A stretch of DNA of 64,000 bases, taken from positions 153,886,001-153,950,000 of the forward strand of contig NC_058368.1 of NCBI RefSeq assembly GCF_018350175.1, written 5' to 3'. Positions 26,400-40,239 of this stretch are shown here, piece after piece. The first letter of the stretch is position 1, and each line of letters starts with the position of its first letter. The position numbers and the translations under genes were made by a program. The DNA is from Felis catus. Its lineage: Eukaryota. The notes beneath the pieces were generated by a model, which was given only the letters and a program-made list of their open reading frames with translations, made no database searches and was not told the origin of the DNA.

Positions 26400-27860
26400 A
26401 TTTTCATAGAGTACATTCTCCAATAGTTTTCTACAAAGTGTAAACGGGAAATTTTTAAAAAGTGAGAAAAAAATCAAGACTGCATATCAGAGTATTTCTT
26501 TATTTTCAGAGCTGATTGAACTTTGTTTTCATATAGAGAATTCTAGGTTGGAAATGATTTCTTCCAAATTGCTGAAGACATTTCTTATTTTTTCATGTTT
26601 TCAGTGTCAGTCTTGAGACATCTAAAGGTCATCCAGTTTTCATTAGTGTTAAAGTAATTTTTTTCTTTCTGAAAAATTTTTATAATCTTATCCCTAGTGT
26701 TCTGAAATATAATCAAAATATTTCTTATGTTCATCTTTTTAATTAATTTGTTGCCCTGGGAAACTGGTCTTCGTTCTGGAAACTTATGTCCTTTAGTATG
26801 GATTTTCTTTTTAATATTATTTCTCTGATAATTTCCTCCTTCCATTTTGCTGTACTCTTTGTTTCTCTTCTGTTTATGAGTCAAATGTTGGACCTTGTAG
26901 ATATATCTCATTTAAAAAAAATTTTTTTCCTGCTTTTTCCTTGTGAGCTTTTGTTAAAATTTTATTTCTGTAATATTTTTCATTCCAAGGGCTCTTTCTT
27001 GGAAAGGAAATTCCTTTTTATAGAATATTGTTCTGAGTTCATGGTTGCAATATTTTTCCTTAACTGTATAAAATATTTATATATTGTTTAAAATTTTTAT
27101 TTGTATTATCCATTTTCTTTGAGTTCCATTTTTTTTGTTTGTAAGTATGATCTTTATCTTTCAAGTTAGAAACTTCTCAAGTATTTTGATATTAACTATT
27201 GAGACCTTCTTTAAATCTATGTGATAGTGAGGCTCTTAAGGAAGTTCTGTGCATGAATTTTTGTTTCTGGCCTTCACTATTGAGTGTTGGATTGGAATCA
27301 AGATGTTTGGTAAGATTCTCTTCCAATAAATGGCCTTTCAATTTGTTTACATTGCTAATTTTTTCCATACTGTTCAGTACTGTGAGAAGTGAGAAGTGAA
27401 AAACTTTGTTGCTAGAGATGTGGGTGCCCTGGACCATAGTGAGGGGAGAGATGAATCTGAGGCTCTTATGTTCCAGCCTGTAGAGCTTTCTTAATCCCTT
27501 CATTTCCAAAGACAGTATCTCACACTCCTGTTCTTTGCTATCCCTGGCATCTTCAAATCTTCAGCAATTTGGTGTAGTCTTTCCAAAGTGTATACTCTGG
27601 CCTTCTTCTTCTTCTTCTTCTCATTTTTTAAAATCTATATTTCAAAAATAGCTGGTATCTCCAAATTCTGAGCCTCTCTCAGTGCATAATCGGTTCACTT
27701 CTTCTAGATACCCTTGCTCAGATTTTGCTTTTTCCTCTTGGCTGAGTTAACCATCTGCTTTCCATCTGCCCAAGTTTAACATCTTTTATATCTTCTGTCA
27801 CTTCCTTCACTGTTTTCTTAGCCTATGGTTCTATATTATTTTATTCCTTTATTGTCACAG
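26400..27860 (-). mobile_element. Ancient L1M ORF1/5'-region relic
   Basis: Degenerate phrases (tatagagaattctaggttgg, cttgagacatctaaag); K/N-rich minus ORF. Confidence 0.5.
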
Positions 27861-27877
27861 ACAAGTAGCAAGCTCTT

Positions 27878-28824
27878 TTTTTTTTCAAGAGGAAGGCAGT
27901 ATGAGTTCCTTTTATTTTTTTTTATTTTTTTTTATATATATGAAATTTATTGACAAATTGGTTTCCATACAACACCCAGTGCTCATCCCAAAGGGTGCCC
28001 TCCTCAATACCCATCACCTACCCTCTCCTCCCTCCCACCCCCCATCAACCCTCAGTTTGTTCTCAGTTTTTAAGTCTCTTATGCTTTGGCTCTCTCCCAC
28101 TCTAACCTCTTTTTTTTTTTTCCTTCCCCTCCCCCATGGGTTCCTGTTAAGTTTCTCAGGATCCACATAAGAGTGAAACCATATGGTATCTGTCTTTCTC
28201 TGTATGGCTTATTTCACTTAGCATCACACTCTCCAGTTCCATCCACGTTGCTACAAAAGGCCATATTTCATTTTTTCTCATTGCCACGTAGTATTCCATT
28301 GTGTATATAAACCACAATTTCTTTATCCATTTGTCAGTTGATGGACATTTAGGCTCTTTCCATAATTTGGCTATTGTTGAGAGTGCTGCCATGAACATTG
28401 GGGTACAAGTGGCCCTATGCATCAGTACTCCTGTATCCCTTGGATAAATTCCTAGCAGTGCTATTGCTGGGTCATAGGGTAGGTCTATTTTTAATTTTCT
28501 GAGGAACCTCCACACTACTCGACACATCCCCAAAGGCAAGGGAATTAAAAGCAAAAGTGAATTACTGGGACCTTATGAAGATAAAAAGCTTCTGCACAGC
28601 AAAGGAAACAACCAACAAAACTAAAAGGCAACCAACGGAATGGGAAAAGATATTCGCAAATGACATATCGGACAAAGGGCTAGTATCCAAAATCTATAAA
28701 GAGCTCACCAAACTCCACACCCGAAAAACAAATAACCCAGTGAAGAAATGGGCAGAAAACATGAATAGACACTTCTCTAAAGAAGACATCCGGATGGCCA
28801 ACAGGCACATGAAAAGATGTTCAG
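27878..28824 (-). mobile_element. Young felid L1 insertion with 5' inversion (twin priming) and 24-nt 3' transduction
   Basis: 14-bp TSD agtagcaagctctt at 27864-27877 and 28825-28838; minus-strand ORF2 end/3'UTR at ~27910-28516; plus-strand ORF2 piece at ~28516-28824. Confidence 0.93.
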
Positions 28825-28909
28825 AGTAGCAAGCTCTTATGTGGTAAATTCAGCGGTTTCTTCTCAACTGGTCTTTTTCTGTGTGGGGATCATCTTTATT
28901 TTCCCAAGT

Positions 28910-29160
28910 AATAACGATAGTAAAGGAAACTTACATTTATTGAGTGTCTACTCTGTGACAGGCCATATACTAGGCATTACACAAATTACCTCATCTAATT
29001 CTTGTGATCCTATAACAGTACTATTATTATCCAGTACTTACAGTAAAGAAACTGAGGTTTACAGAGCTTTAATGATTTGCCTCATGGCAAAAAAGCAGCA
29101 AAGAGGAAATCCTGGGTTTTTACCAGGGTTATCTGATTCTATTGACTTTGCTTTCAGTTA
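28910..29160 (-). mobile_element. MIR
   Basis: catttattgagtgtctactctgtgacaggc...acagtaaagaaactgaggtttacagag. Confidence 0.75.
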
Positions 29161-29349
29161 TTAATCAACTGTGTATAATGATTGTCCATGACTCAAGTTT
29201 GGACAAGGTTTGTATGGACCATTCTAGGAATAGTTGGTCAGGTGTTGGCAAAAAATAATTTTATTGTATTTCTGTTTTTTTTTTTATGGATGAGTATTTC
29301 TTGCCAGAGGGGACTATGAGTATTACCATCAGTATATTTAACAATATTT

Positions 29350-29900
29350 ATTAATGTGTATTTTATGTAACATAAAATACACCCATTTTAAGGATACAGC
29401 CCATGAATTTTAGTAACTTTACAAATGTAAAACAATCATCACCACATATCCATTTTGGAATATCTTTATTCTTTCAGTAAGATCCCTTATGGTCATATAT
29501 AGTATATTCCTATTTCCACCCCAGCCACGAGGCAACCACTAACTTACTTTATGTCTTTACAAATTTTTCATTTCTGTAAATTTTATGTAAATGTAATCAT
29601 GATGTAAAGTCTCTTATGTTTGACTTCTTTTACCTAGCAGAATGTTTTTGATCTTCATCCATGATATTGCATATGTCAGTAGTTCATTTATTTTTATCAC
29701 TGAATAGCATTCAACTGTATGAATATGTCACTATGAGTGTACTCATTCACAAGTTGATGCACATTTAATTTGTTTCTAGCTTGGGACTATTATGAATAGT
29801 GATGCCATTAATATTAGTTTGTAAATTTTTGCTGGGTCATATACTAGTTTTATATCTAACTTTTTGAGAAACTGTTGAACTCTTTTCCAAAGTGGCTGCG
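29350..29900 (-). mobile_element. Old L1M 3' end
   Basis: cataaaatacacccattttaag...ggcaaccactaac...ttttccaaagtggctgc. Confidence 0.75.
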
Positions 29901-30839
29901 GTATTTAATACTATCAGTCTTAACCTTAACATTTAGTCTTCTTTCCCTTGTGTTTCCTGGCTGAGGCCTCAAGTGGCCCATAAAAGACATTATCTCTTCA
30001 GACTTCCTCTCTCCGTTTTCATATTTGCTCTCATTCTATTTTTACATAGTTTCTTACAGATCTTTTTAATTTTTAATTGTAATTAAACCATTTTAAATTA
30101 CACACACACACACACACACGCACACACACACCTGTGTGCGCACTTCCTAAATGAACAGCTTCCTGACTTTTTTCCAAATCTAACATACATCTATGTAAGC
30201 ACAACATATTTTGTGATATGGGATATAAGACCAGCACAAAAGAACCTGTCTCATTGTTTTACCCTATCTCCAAGAGATAACCAGTATTCTACCTTCTATA
30301 GTAATAGGTTAATTTTTAAAATTATTGATCCTTATATAAAATGAATTGTTTTTATTCTCTTTTTACAACAGCTGTATTGAGCTGTAAGTTAAATATTATA
30401 AAATACACCCTTATAAAATGAAAACTTAATGGTTTTTGTTACAGTTACATAGTTGTTCAACTTTCAGCATTATCTCATTGTAGAACATTTTTATCACCCC
30501 AAAAACCCATATCCATTAATCCATATCACTTCCTATGCCCTTTCCATCTCAGTCCCTGGCAACCATTAATCTGTTTCTGTGTTTATGAATAAACATATTC
30601 TAGACATTTTATATAAACGGAATCATACATTATATCGTCCTGTGTGAATTTTTTAACATAGCAAAATGTTTGCGAAGTTTATACATGTTGTTGTATGTAT
30701 CAATGCTCATTCTTTAACTCCGAACAAGATTCCATCATGCAGATATACCACATTAGGCCATCCCTCTATCAGTTGATGGACATTTAATTAGTTTCCACTT
30801 TGTGGCTATTATGACTATTGTTTCTAACACTTGAGTATA

Positions 30840-30886
<47 letters not shown>

Positions 30887-32199
30887 ATATATTTAATTCT
30901 CTTGGGTATAAATCTAGGAGTGGAATTGTTGCATCATATGGGAACTCTAAGTTTAATATTTTGAGAAATTACCAAACTGTTTTCCAAAGTGAATGCACCA
31001 TTTTACAATCCCACCAACAATTCATGAGAGTTCCAGTTTCTTTACTTCTTCTCTAACATTTATTATTATTTGTCTTTTTTATTTTAACTATTTTAATAGG
31101 TCTGAAGTGGTATTTCATTGTGGTTTTGCTTTACATTTACTAATGAAAATTACTAATTACTAATTACTAATGCTGTTAAGCATCTTTTTGTGTACTGATT
31201 GACCATACATTTATCTTCATTAGATAACTATCTTTTGAAATCTTTTCTTGCTTTTAATTTGATTATCTTTTTATTGATGAGTGGAAAGATTTTTTATATA
31301 TTCTTGATGCAAGTCCCTTATCAGATGTATAATTTGCAAATGTTCTTCCTAATCTCTGGGGTGTCTTTTCACTTTTTAAATGTATTTTCTGAAGCACAAG
31401 ATTTTTAAATTTTAATGAAGTACAATTTATCTAATATTTCTGCGTGTGTGTGTGTGTGTATGTGTGTGTGTGTGTGTTGTCCTATCTAAGAAATCACTGC
31501 AAACCCAAGATCACAAAGATTTACTCTTCTACTTCCTTCTAGGAATTTAATAATTTTGCCTTGTCCCTGTATTTAGGTCTATAAACCATTGGATTAATTT
31601 TGGTGTGTGGTGTGAAGTAGGAATCGGACTTTATTTTTGCATATAGTATCATTTGTCTTCGCAGTTTTTATTAAAACGCTATTCTTTCCCCCATTTAATT
31701 GACTTGGCACCATTGTTGAAAATTAATTGGCCATAAACCTAAGGTTTTATTTCTGGACTCTCAGTTGTATTCCATTGATATATATGTTTATCCTTAAGCC
31801 AATACCATACTGTCTTGAATATCTTAACATTGTACTAGCTTTTGAAATCATAATTCTTGGGTCCTTAAACTGTTTCTCTTTTTCACAATTATTTTGGCTA
31901 TTCTGTATCCCTTGAATTTCCATATGAACTTTAGGGTGAGTTCATCACTTAGGCAAAAATAGCATCTGAGATTTTGATAAGAATTGCTTTGAATCTGTCG
32001 ATCAATTTAAGAAGTGTCACCATCTTAACAATTTAAATCTGTCATTCTGTGAATATATGATGCCTTTCCATTTACTTGTCTCCTTTAAATGTTTTCAATA
32101 TTTTGTAATTTTCAGTAAAAACTACACTACTTTTATTATGTTTGCCATTATGTATTTTATTATTTTTTCATTCCATTGTAACTTGCTATTATTTTTATA

Positions 32200-32400
32200 A
32201 GTGTTTTTTAAAAATGTTTATTTATTTTTGAGAGAGAGCATGAATGAGGGAGAGGAGGAGAGGATATATAGAAAGAATCCCAACCAGGCTCCACATTCAG
32301 CATGAAGCCTGATGCAGGGCTTGATCCCAGGACTGCGAGTTCATGAGCTTAGCTAAAATCAAGAGTGTCACGCTTAACTGACTGTGCCACCCAGGAGCCC
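32200..32400 (-). mobile_element. Can-SINE
   Basis: cgcttaactgactgtgccacccaggagccc head on minus strand. Confidence 0.9.
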
Positions 32401-33436
32401 ATAATTATTCTCTTAATTTTATTTTTCAATTGTTCATTGTTAATGTATGTAAATACATTTGGTGTTTGTGTGTTGATTTTGCATCCTGCAACTTTGTTGA
32501 ACTCATTCATTACTTGTAATAGCATATTGTGTGAATTCATAGGATTTTCTAGAAACAAGATTTTGTCATGCAAGAATACAGATGGTTTTACTTCTTCTTT
32601 CTTTCCAACTGGGTGAATTTGCTTTTCTTGTCTAATTATCCTAGTAAGACAACCTTTAGTACAGAATTAAATAGAAATAGTAAGAGATGGCAGCTTTGCT
32701 TTGTTCCTGACGTTAAGAGGGAGTTATTCATTCTTTCATAAGTATGGTGTAAGCTGTGGGTTTCTCATGGATACTCATTATTAGGTTGAGGACATTCTCT
32801 TGTACTTCTAGTTTGTTGAATCCTTTTTATTATTGCAGCACATTGGATTGCATGACATATCTCTCCTGCCTCTTATTTGTATTATGCTGTGGTTTTGCCC
32901 TTTATCCTACTAATGAGGTGTATGATAGTGATTGATATTAGGCATTAAAACAAACTTGTAATTTTGGATAAATTCCACTTGGTCATAGTGTATATAATCC
33001 TTTGTATATAAGCTGGATTCTGTGTGCTAGTGTTTTGTTGGGGATTTCTACATACACATTCATAATGGATGTAGGTCTATAATTATTCTTTCTTATGATG
33101 TATATTCTGGTTTCAGTATCAGGCTAGTATTAATGTCCATGTTCTTCCCAATTCTATTTTTGGAAGATTCTGTGAAGGATTGGAATTAATTCCTCTTAAA
33201 GTATTTGGTAAAATTCATTTATAAAGCTTGGGACTGGACTTTTCATTGTGGTAAGTTGATTTTTGTTTGTTTGTTTTTTTAAGTAGCAACTCAATGTCTT
33301 TTGTTTGTGTAAGACCATACACATTTCTTATGTTTTTAATAGTCACTTTGGTTGTTGGTGTCTTTCTAGAAATTTTCCAATTTCATTTAGATAGTCTAAT
33401 TTTCACAAAAAGTTGTTAATATTCCCTTATAACTAT

Positions 33437-33650
33437 TTAAAAAATTTTAATGTGTATTTATTTCTGAGAGAGAGACAGAGCATGAGTAGGGAAGGAACAG
33501 AGAGAGAGAGGGAGAGACACAGAATCTAAAGTAGACTCCAGGCTCTGAGCTGTCAGCACAGAGCCCGACTTGGACTCAAACTCATGAACCGTGAGATCAT
33601 GACCTGGGCCAAAGATGGGCCCTTAACCAACTGAACCACTCAGGTGCCCC
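33437..33650 (-). mobile_element. Felid-type SINEC
   Basis: ctccaggctctgagctgtcagcacagagccc; TSD ccttat(a/g)actattt. Confidence 0.92.
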
Positions 33651-34714
33651 TCCTTATGACTATTTTTATTTCATTAAAGAAGTAGTGGTGCCTCCTATTT
33701 TACAACTGATTTTAGTAATTTGAATCATTTTTTCTTGGTCAGCCTAACTAACGTTTTATTAATTTTCTTGATCTTTTCAAAGACTCATCCTTTGTTTTTG
33801 CTATTATTTTTCAATTATTTAGTTATTCTCTATTTCAATTTTTTTCTCAAACCCTCATTATCTCCTTTTTTATGCTTGCTCTGAGTTTACTTTGACCTTT
33901 TGTTTTCTAGTTTTGTAAGATGAAATTTTACGTTATTGATTTGAGATCTTTCATCTTTTTTAATATAAATATTTACAGGTATAAATATTTTTAATGTAAA
34001 TATTCACAGTATCCCTATGAATACTATTTTTACTGCACTGAATAAATGTATTTATATTGCGTTTTTATTTCCATTTTTCTCAAAGTATTGTGCAATTTTT
34101 CTTGGAATACTTTTGACAAAGAATAATAATCTTTAAATGATTATTTATGAGTATATTCCTTAATTTCCACAAATTTGTGAAATTTCCAAACTTCATTCTG
34201 TTACTGATTTCTAATTTTATTCCATTTTGGTTAGAGAACATAGTTTGTATGAATTCAGTAATTTTAAGTTTATGGAGGCTTTCTTTCATTTCTTTTTTGT
34301 TTGGCTTACTTCACTCAACATTGTATTTGTGAGATTTATCTCTTTGTTTGTTTGTTTAGCTTTGTAATGCCTCCATAATGTGAATATTACACAATTAATT
34401 ACCTATTAAATTGATGGGTAATGATGAGTAAATTGTTTAGATTATTTGCATTATTTTTTTACATTTTATATGCATATTTTGGTGCACACGTGTATGCACT
34501 TTTTTGTGTATATAACTTGGAATAGAATTAGTTGGTTATAGGAATATATGTATTATGTGTGTGTATGTATTTAAGTGTAGCAGATACTTTAGCAGATAAT
34601 TTGTTTTCCCACAAACAATGTATGACAGTTTTACTTTTTCACATCCTCACCAGTATTGCACTTTCACTGTGTTTTAATTTTAGGTCTTTTGGTAGGTATA
34701 TATGGCCGTCTTTT

Positions 34715-34928
34715 TAAATTTTTTTTTAAAAATCTTTATTAGTTTTGAGAGAGAGACAGCGTGTGAGCAGGGGAGGAGCAGAGAGAGAGGGAGACACAGA
34801 ATCCAAAGCAGGCTCCAGGCTCTGAGCTGTCAGCACAGAGCCTGATGCAGGGCTCGAACTCATGAACCATGAGATCATGACCTGAGCCAAAGTCGGATGC
34901 TCAACCGACTGAGCCACCCAGGCGCCCC
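34715..34928 (-). mobile_element. Felid-type SINEC (low divergence)
   Basis: Canonical head ...ctgagccacccaggcgcccc; TSD tatatatggc(c/a)gtctt. Confidence 0.95.
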
Positions 34929-35746
34929 TATATATGGCAGTCTTAATGTGACTTTAATTTGCATTCTCTGGTGGCTAATGAGGTTGAGCCCCTTTTCATG
35001 TTTATTGGACAGTAGGACACAGTCTTTATGTGTCTATTCAAGAACTTTTTTGTCCATATTCTGTTATTACATTCCCTATAATTTTTAGGAGTGTATATAT
35101 ATTCTGAGTATGCATATTTCACCTGTGTGTGTATGTGCTACAAATATTTTCTAGATTAAGGAATTCTCACATTTTCAGTTTGCTGTTTTTATCTTGATCA
35201 GGTGAAGAATTATAACAAATTTTGTGCAATGAAGATGATTTTATAAATTTTCTCATTTATTCTTTAGCTCATTTATTTATTTTTTAGTATAAAACTAATC
35301 TCGCACTCTTGAAATAAAGCATTGTCCAGATGTATTAACTTTTAAATTTTTACTAGCTTTTTTTCTTATTATGTTTAATATTTTGGGATTATTTTCACAA
35401 AAGAAATTGACCTGTAATTTTCTCTCTCATTTTTTTCCAGGTTTGGTTTCAGAGTCATGCTGCTCTCATAGAATGGCTTTGAAGGTATTTCTTACTTTTC
35501 TATTCTTTGGCAGAGTTTGTTTCAATAGGCATGTTTCTTTCTACATATTTGAAAACTACCAGTGAAGCAATCTGGTCCTAAGGTTTTCTTTGTAAGTTGG
35601 CTTTTCTTTATGAATTCAGTTTATTAATATCTATATTACTATTCACATTACTTATTTTTCAGTCATTTGTGGTAAGTTTTCAAATTTATTGGCATATGAT
35701 TGGTCATAATACCTTATTTGTATCTTCTTAATGTTTCTATGTTTAA

Positions 35747-36011
35747 TGGAGAGTGTGATGCTAAGTGAAATAAGCCATACAGAGAAAGACAGATACCATA
35801 TGTTTTCACTCTTATGTGGATCCTGAGAAACTTAACAAAAACCCATGGGGGAGGGGAAGGAAAAAAAAAAAAGAGGCTAGAGTGGGAGAGAGCCAAAGCA
35901 TAAGAGACTCTTAAAAACTCAGAACTGAGGGTTGATCGGGGTGGAAGGGAGGGGAGGGGAGGTGATGGGTATTGAAGAGGGCATCTTTTGGGATGAGCAC
36001 TGGGTGTTGTA
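35747..36011 (+). mobile_element. Young L1 3' fragment truncated at both ends, with no poly(A)
   Basis: Begins tggagagtgtgatgctaagtg and ends cactgggtgttgta, before the signal and tail seen in the homologous L1 at 27910-28000. Confidence 0.88.
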
Positions 36012-36611
36012 ATGTTTCATTCTTGATATTGGTTGTGATTTCTCTCTTTTTTGCCCTTGATCAATATTTCTGGGTGTTATTAATCTTGCCAAATAAACAA
36101 AGTTTTGCTATTTAAGTTTTATTCTCACGTTGACATATTTCCTTTGTCATTAACCTATGATCTTACTTTTGCTATTTCTTTTCTTGTACATTCTGTGGGC
36201 CTAATTTGCTCTTGTTTGCTAACTTCTTGAAATTGATATTGTGATAGTTTATTTTCGATAACATATTCATTTAAGGTTACAAATATTTCTCTAAGCTTAT
36301 CTATAGGTTCATACCAAAGTTTGATATGCAATATTATTAATTCAGTTTAAAATATATTTTTATGCTTCCACACATACTTTTGTTTTTTTGTTGTTATTTT
36401 GTTTTTCCAAATTTTTATTATATTCTAGTTGGTTAACATATAGTGTAATATTGGTTTCAGGCATAGAATTTAGTGATTTATCACTTACATATAACATCCA
36501 GTACTCATCATAACAAGTGCACTCCTTAATACCGATGGCCCATTTAGCCCATCCCTACCCACCTCCCTCTGGGTCAACCCTCAGTTTATTCTCTATCACT
36601 AAGAGTCTCTT

Positions 36612-36832
36612 GGGGCATCTGGGTGGCTCAGTCGGTTAAGCGTCCAACTTCAGCTCAGGTCATGATCTCACGGTCCGTGAATTCGAGCCCCACGTTGGGC
36701 TCTGTGCTGACAGCTCAGAGCCTGGAGCCTGTTTCAGATTCTGTGTCTCCCTCTCTCTGACCCTCTCCCATTTGTGCTCTCTCTCTCTCTGTCTCAAAAA
36801 TAAATAAACGTTAAAAATTTTTTTTAAAAAAG
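36612..36832 (+). mobile_element. Young felid SINEC_Fc-like element nested in the L1 3'UTR
   Basis: ...cacggtccgtga...gagcctgtttcagattc...aataaataaacgttaaaaa; TSD agagtctctt. Confidence 0.95.
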
Positions 36833-37059
36833 AGAGTCTCTTAATTTTTATTTCCCTTTCTCTCTCTCTTCTTTTCCTTCCATTTATTCATCTGTTTTGT
36901 TTCCTAAATTCCACATATGAGTGAAATCATATGGTATTTGTCTTTCTCTAACTTATTTTCCTCAGCATAATACACGCTAGCTCCATCCACATTGTTGCAA
37001 ATGGCAAGATTTCATTCTTTTTAATTGCTGAGTAATACTTCATTGTTTATATAGACCAC

Positions 37060-37302
37060 CTTTTCTTTTTTTTTTTCAGTTTATTATTTTAAGAGATAGA
37101 GAGAGCATGAGTGGTCTCAGAGAGAGAGTTGGCAGAGAGTTAGAGAGGTAGAGAGAGAGAGGGTGAGAGAGAGAATCCCAAGCAGGCTCTGCACTGTCAG
37201 CACAGAGCCCAACACTGGGCTTGATCTCACGAACTATGAGATTATGACCTGAGCCAAAATCAAGAGTTGGACGCCTAACCTACTGAGTCACCCAGGCACC
37301 CC
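37060..37302 (-). mobile_element. Can-SINE nested in L1
   Basis: ctgagtcacccaggcacccc head, GA-rich tract, T tail. Confidence 0.9.
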
Positions 37303-39893
37303 AGCATAAAATATGCCACCTATTCTTTATCCATTCGTCAGTCAATGGACATTTGGTCTCTCTCCATAGTTTGGCTGTTGTTGAAAATGATGCTATAAAC
37401 ATTGGGATGTATGTACCCCTTCAAATATATTTTTGTATCCTTTGGGTAAATACCTAGTACTGCAATCACTGGATCTTAGGGTAGTTCTATTTTTAAGTTT
37501 TTGAGGAACCTCCATACTGTTTTCCAGAGAGGCTGCATCAATTTGTATTCCTACCACAAATGTAAGAGTTCCCTTTTCTCTGTATCTTCACCAACATCTG
37601 TTGTTTCCTGCTGTTAATTTTAGCCATTCTGACAATCGTGAAGTGGTATTGTAGTTTTATTTGCATTTCCGCGATGATGAGTGATGTTGAGAATCCTTTC
37701 ATGTGTCTGTTAGCCATCTGGAGATGTCTTCTTGGAAAAATGTCTAGTCATATCTTGTGCCCATTTCTTAACAATACTATTTATTTTTTCGGTATTGAGT
37801 TTAGTAAGTTCTTATATATTGTGGATACTAAACCTTTATCAGCTATGTCATTTGCAAATATTTTCTCCCATTTCACAGGTTGCCTTTTAGTTTTGTTGAT
37901 TGTTTCCTTTGCAGTGCAGAAGCTTTTTATCTTGATGAAGTCCCAAAAGTTTGTTTTTAATCTAATAAGAAGTTGTTACGGGTGTGTTCTCCTCTATGAT
38001 TTTGATTGTTTCCTGCTTCTCATTTAGGTCTTTTATCCATTTTGAATTTAATTTTGTGTATTATGGAAGAAAATGGTCATTTTCATTCTTCTGCATGCTG
38101 CCATCCAGTTCTCCCAATACCATTTGTTGAAAAGACTGTCTTTTTTCCCTTGGATATTCTTTCTCCTGCTTTTTCAAGGATTAGTTGACCTTATAATTGT
38201 GGGTCCATTTCTGGGTTTTCTATTCTGTAACTTGGATTTATGTGTCTGTTTTTGTGCCAGCACTATACTGTTCTGAGGATTAGAGGTTTGTAATATAACT
38301 GGAAGTCTGGAATTGTGATGCCTCTAGCTTTGCTTTATTTCCCCCAAGATTGCTTTGGCTATTTGGGGTCTTTTTGGTTCCATACAGATTCTAGGCTTGT
38401 TTCTTATAGCACTGAGACAACTGCTGGTGGCATTTTGAAAGGGATTGCATTAAATGTGTAGATTGCTTTGGGTAGTATAGACATTTTAACAATATTTGTT
38501 CTTCTATGCATGAGCATGGAATTTTTCTCCTTTTGTGTGTGTGTGTGTTCTCTTCAATTTCTTTCATCAGTGTTCTGTAGTTTTGAGAGAACAGACATTG
38601 TACCTCTTTGGTTAGGCTTATTCCTAGGTATCTTATAGTTTTTTGTTGCAATTGTAAATGGGATCAATTCCTTGATTTCTTTTTCTGCTGCTTCTTTCTT
38701 GCTGTATAGAAATGCAGCCGATTTCTGTACATTGATTTATATACTGCGACTTTGCTGAGTTCATGTATTAGTTCTGGCAATTTTTGGTGAATGCTTTTGG
38801 GTTTTATACATAGAGTATCATGTCATCTGCAAATAGTCAAAGTTGACTTGTTCCTTGATGATTTGGATGGTTTTTATTTCTTTCTGTTTTCTGATCACTG
38901 AAGCTAAGACTTCCAGTACGATGTTAAATAGTAACGGTGACAATGGAGATCCTTGTCATGTTCCTGACTGTGGAAGAAAAGCTCTCAGTTTTCCCCCACT
39001 GAGAATGATATTAGCTGTGGGTCTTTGGTATATGGCTTTTATGATATTGAGGTATGTTCCATCTATCCCTACTTTGTTGAGGGTTTTTATCAGGAATGGA
39101 TGCTGTATTTTGTCAAAGAGTTTTTCTGCATCTATTGAGAAGATCATATGGTTCTTGTCCTTTCTTTTATTAAAGTGGTATATCACATTGATAGTTTTGT
39201 GAATATTGAACCAGTCGTGCAGCCCAGGAATAAATCCCACTTGATTATGGTGAATAATTCTTAATGTACTGTTGGATTCGATTTGCTAGCATTTTGTTGA
39301 GAATTTTTGCATCAGAATTTTTTCATCCAGGATATTGGCCTGTAATTCTTTTTAGTGTAGTCTTTGGTTTTGGAATCAAGGTACTATTGGCTTTATGGAA
39401 TGAGTTTGGAAGTTTTCCTTCTATTTCTATTTTTTGGAACAGTTTGAATAGGTATTAACTCTTTAAATACTTGGTAGAATTCCCATGGGGAGCCATCTGA
39501 CCCTGGACTTTTGTTTTTTGGTAAATATTTTATTATTGATTCCATTTATTTGCTGGTTATGGGTCTTTTCACATTTTCTATTTCTTCTTCTTTCAGTTTT
39601 GGGTGTTTGTATGGTTCTAAGAATTTGTCCATTTCTTCAGCTGTTCCTTTTCCAGCTCCTTAAAGTGGAAAATTGAGTTGTATATTTGAGACTTTTCTTC
39701 CTTCTTGAGCTAAGCCTGGTTTGCAATATACTTCCCTCTTAAGACAGTCTTTGCTGCATTCCAAAGGTTTTGGACTGTCATGTTTTCATTTTCATATGCT
39801 TTCATGTATTTTTAAATTTCTTCTTTAATTTACTTGTTAATCCATTTATTCTTTGGTAGGATGTTCTTTAATCTCCATGTGTTTGTGTTCTTT

Positions 39894-39927
<34 letters not shown>

Positions 39928-40239
39928 GTTGACTTCAAGTTTCATAGTATTGTGAACTGAAAATATGCATGGGATGACCACTATCTTTTGTACCTGTTGA
40001 GGGCTGGTTTGTGACCAGTATGTGATCTATTCTGGGGAATGTTCCATGTGCATTTGAAAAGAATGTGTATTTTACTGCTTTAGGATGAAATGATCTGAAT
40101 ATATCTGTTAAGTCCATTTAGTCCAGTGTGTCATTCAAAGCCATTGTTTCCTTGTTGATTTTTCTGCTTAGATAATCTGTCCATTGTTGTAAGTGTGGTG
40201 TTAAAGTCCCCTACTATTATGGTATTATTAACAGTAAGC

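Larger units (their letters stand above)
30350..34290 (-). mobile_element. Old L1MA/MB element (3'UTR into ORF2), interrupted by two SINEs
   Basis: L1M 3' end at ~30360 (acagctgtattgag); degenerate ORF2 peptides (NEFNKVAGCKINTQ; FIQTMFSNQNGIKLEISN). Confidence 0.85.

Noticed and set aside
36612..36700. tRNA-like A/B-box sequence
   Set aside because: It is the tRNA-derived head of a Can-SINE, not a tRNA gene; the same applies to all SINE heads in the window.
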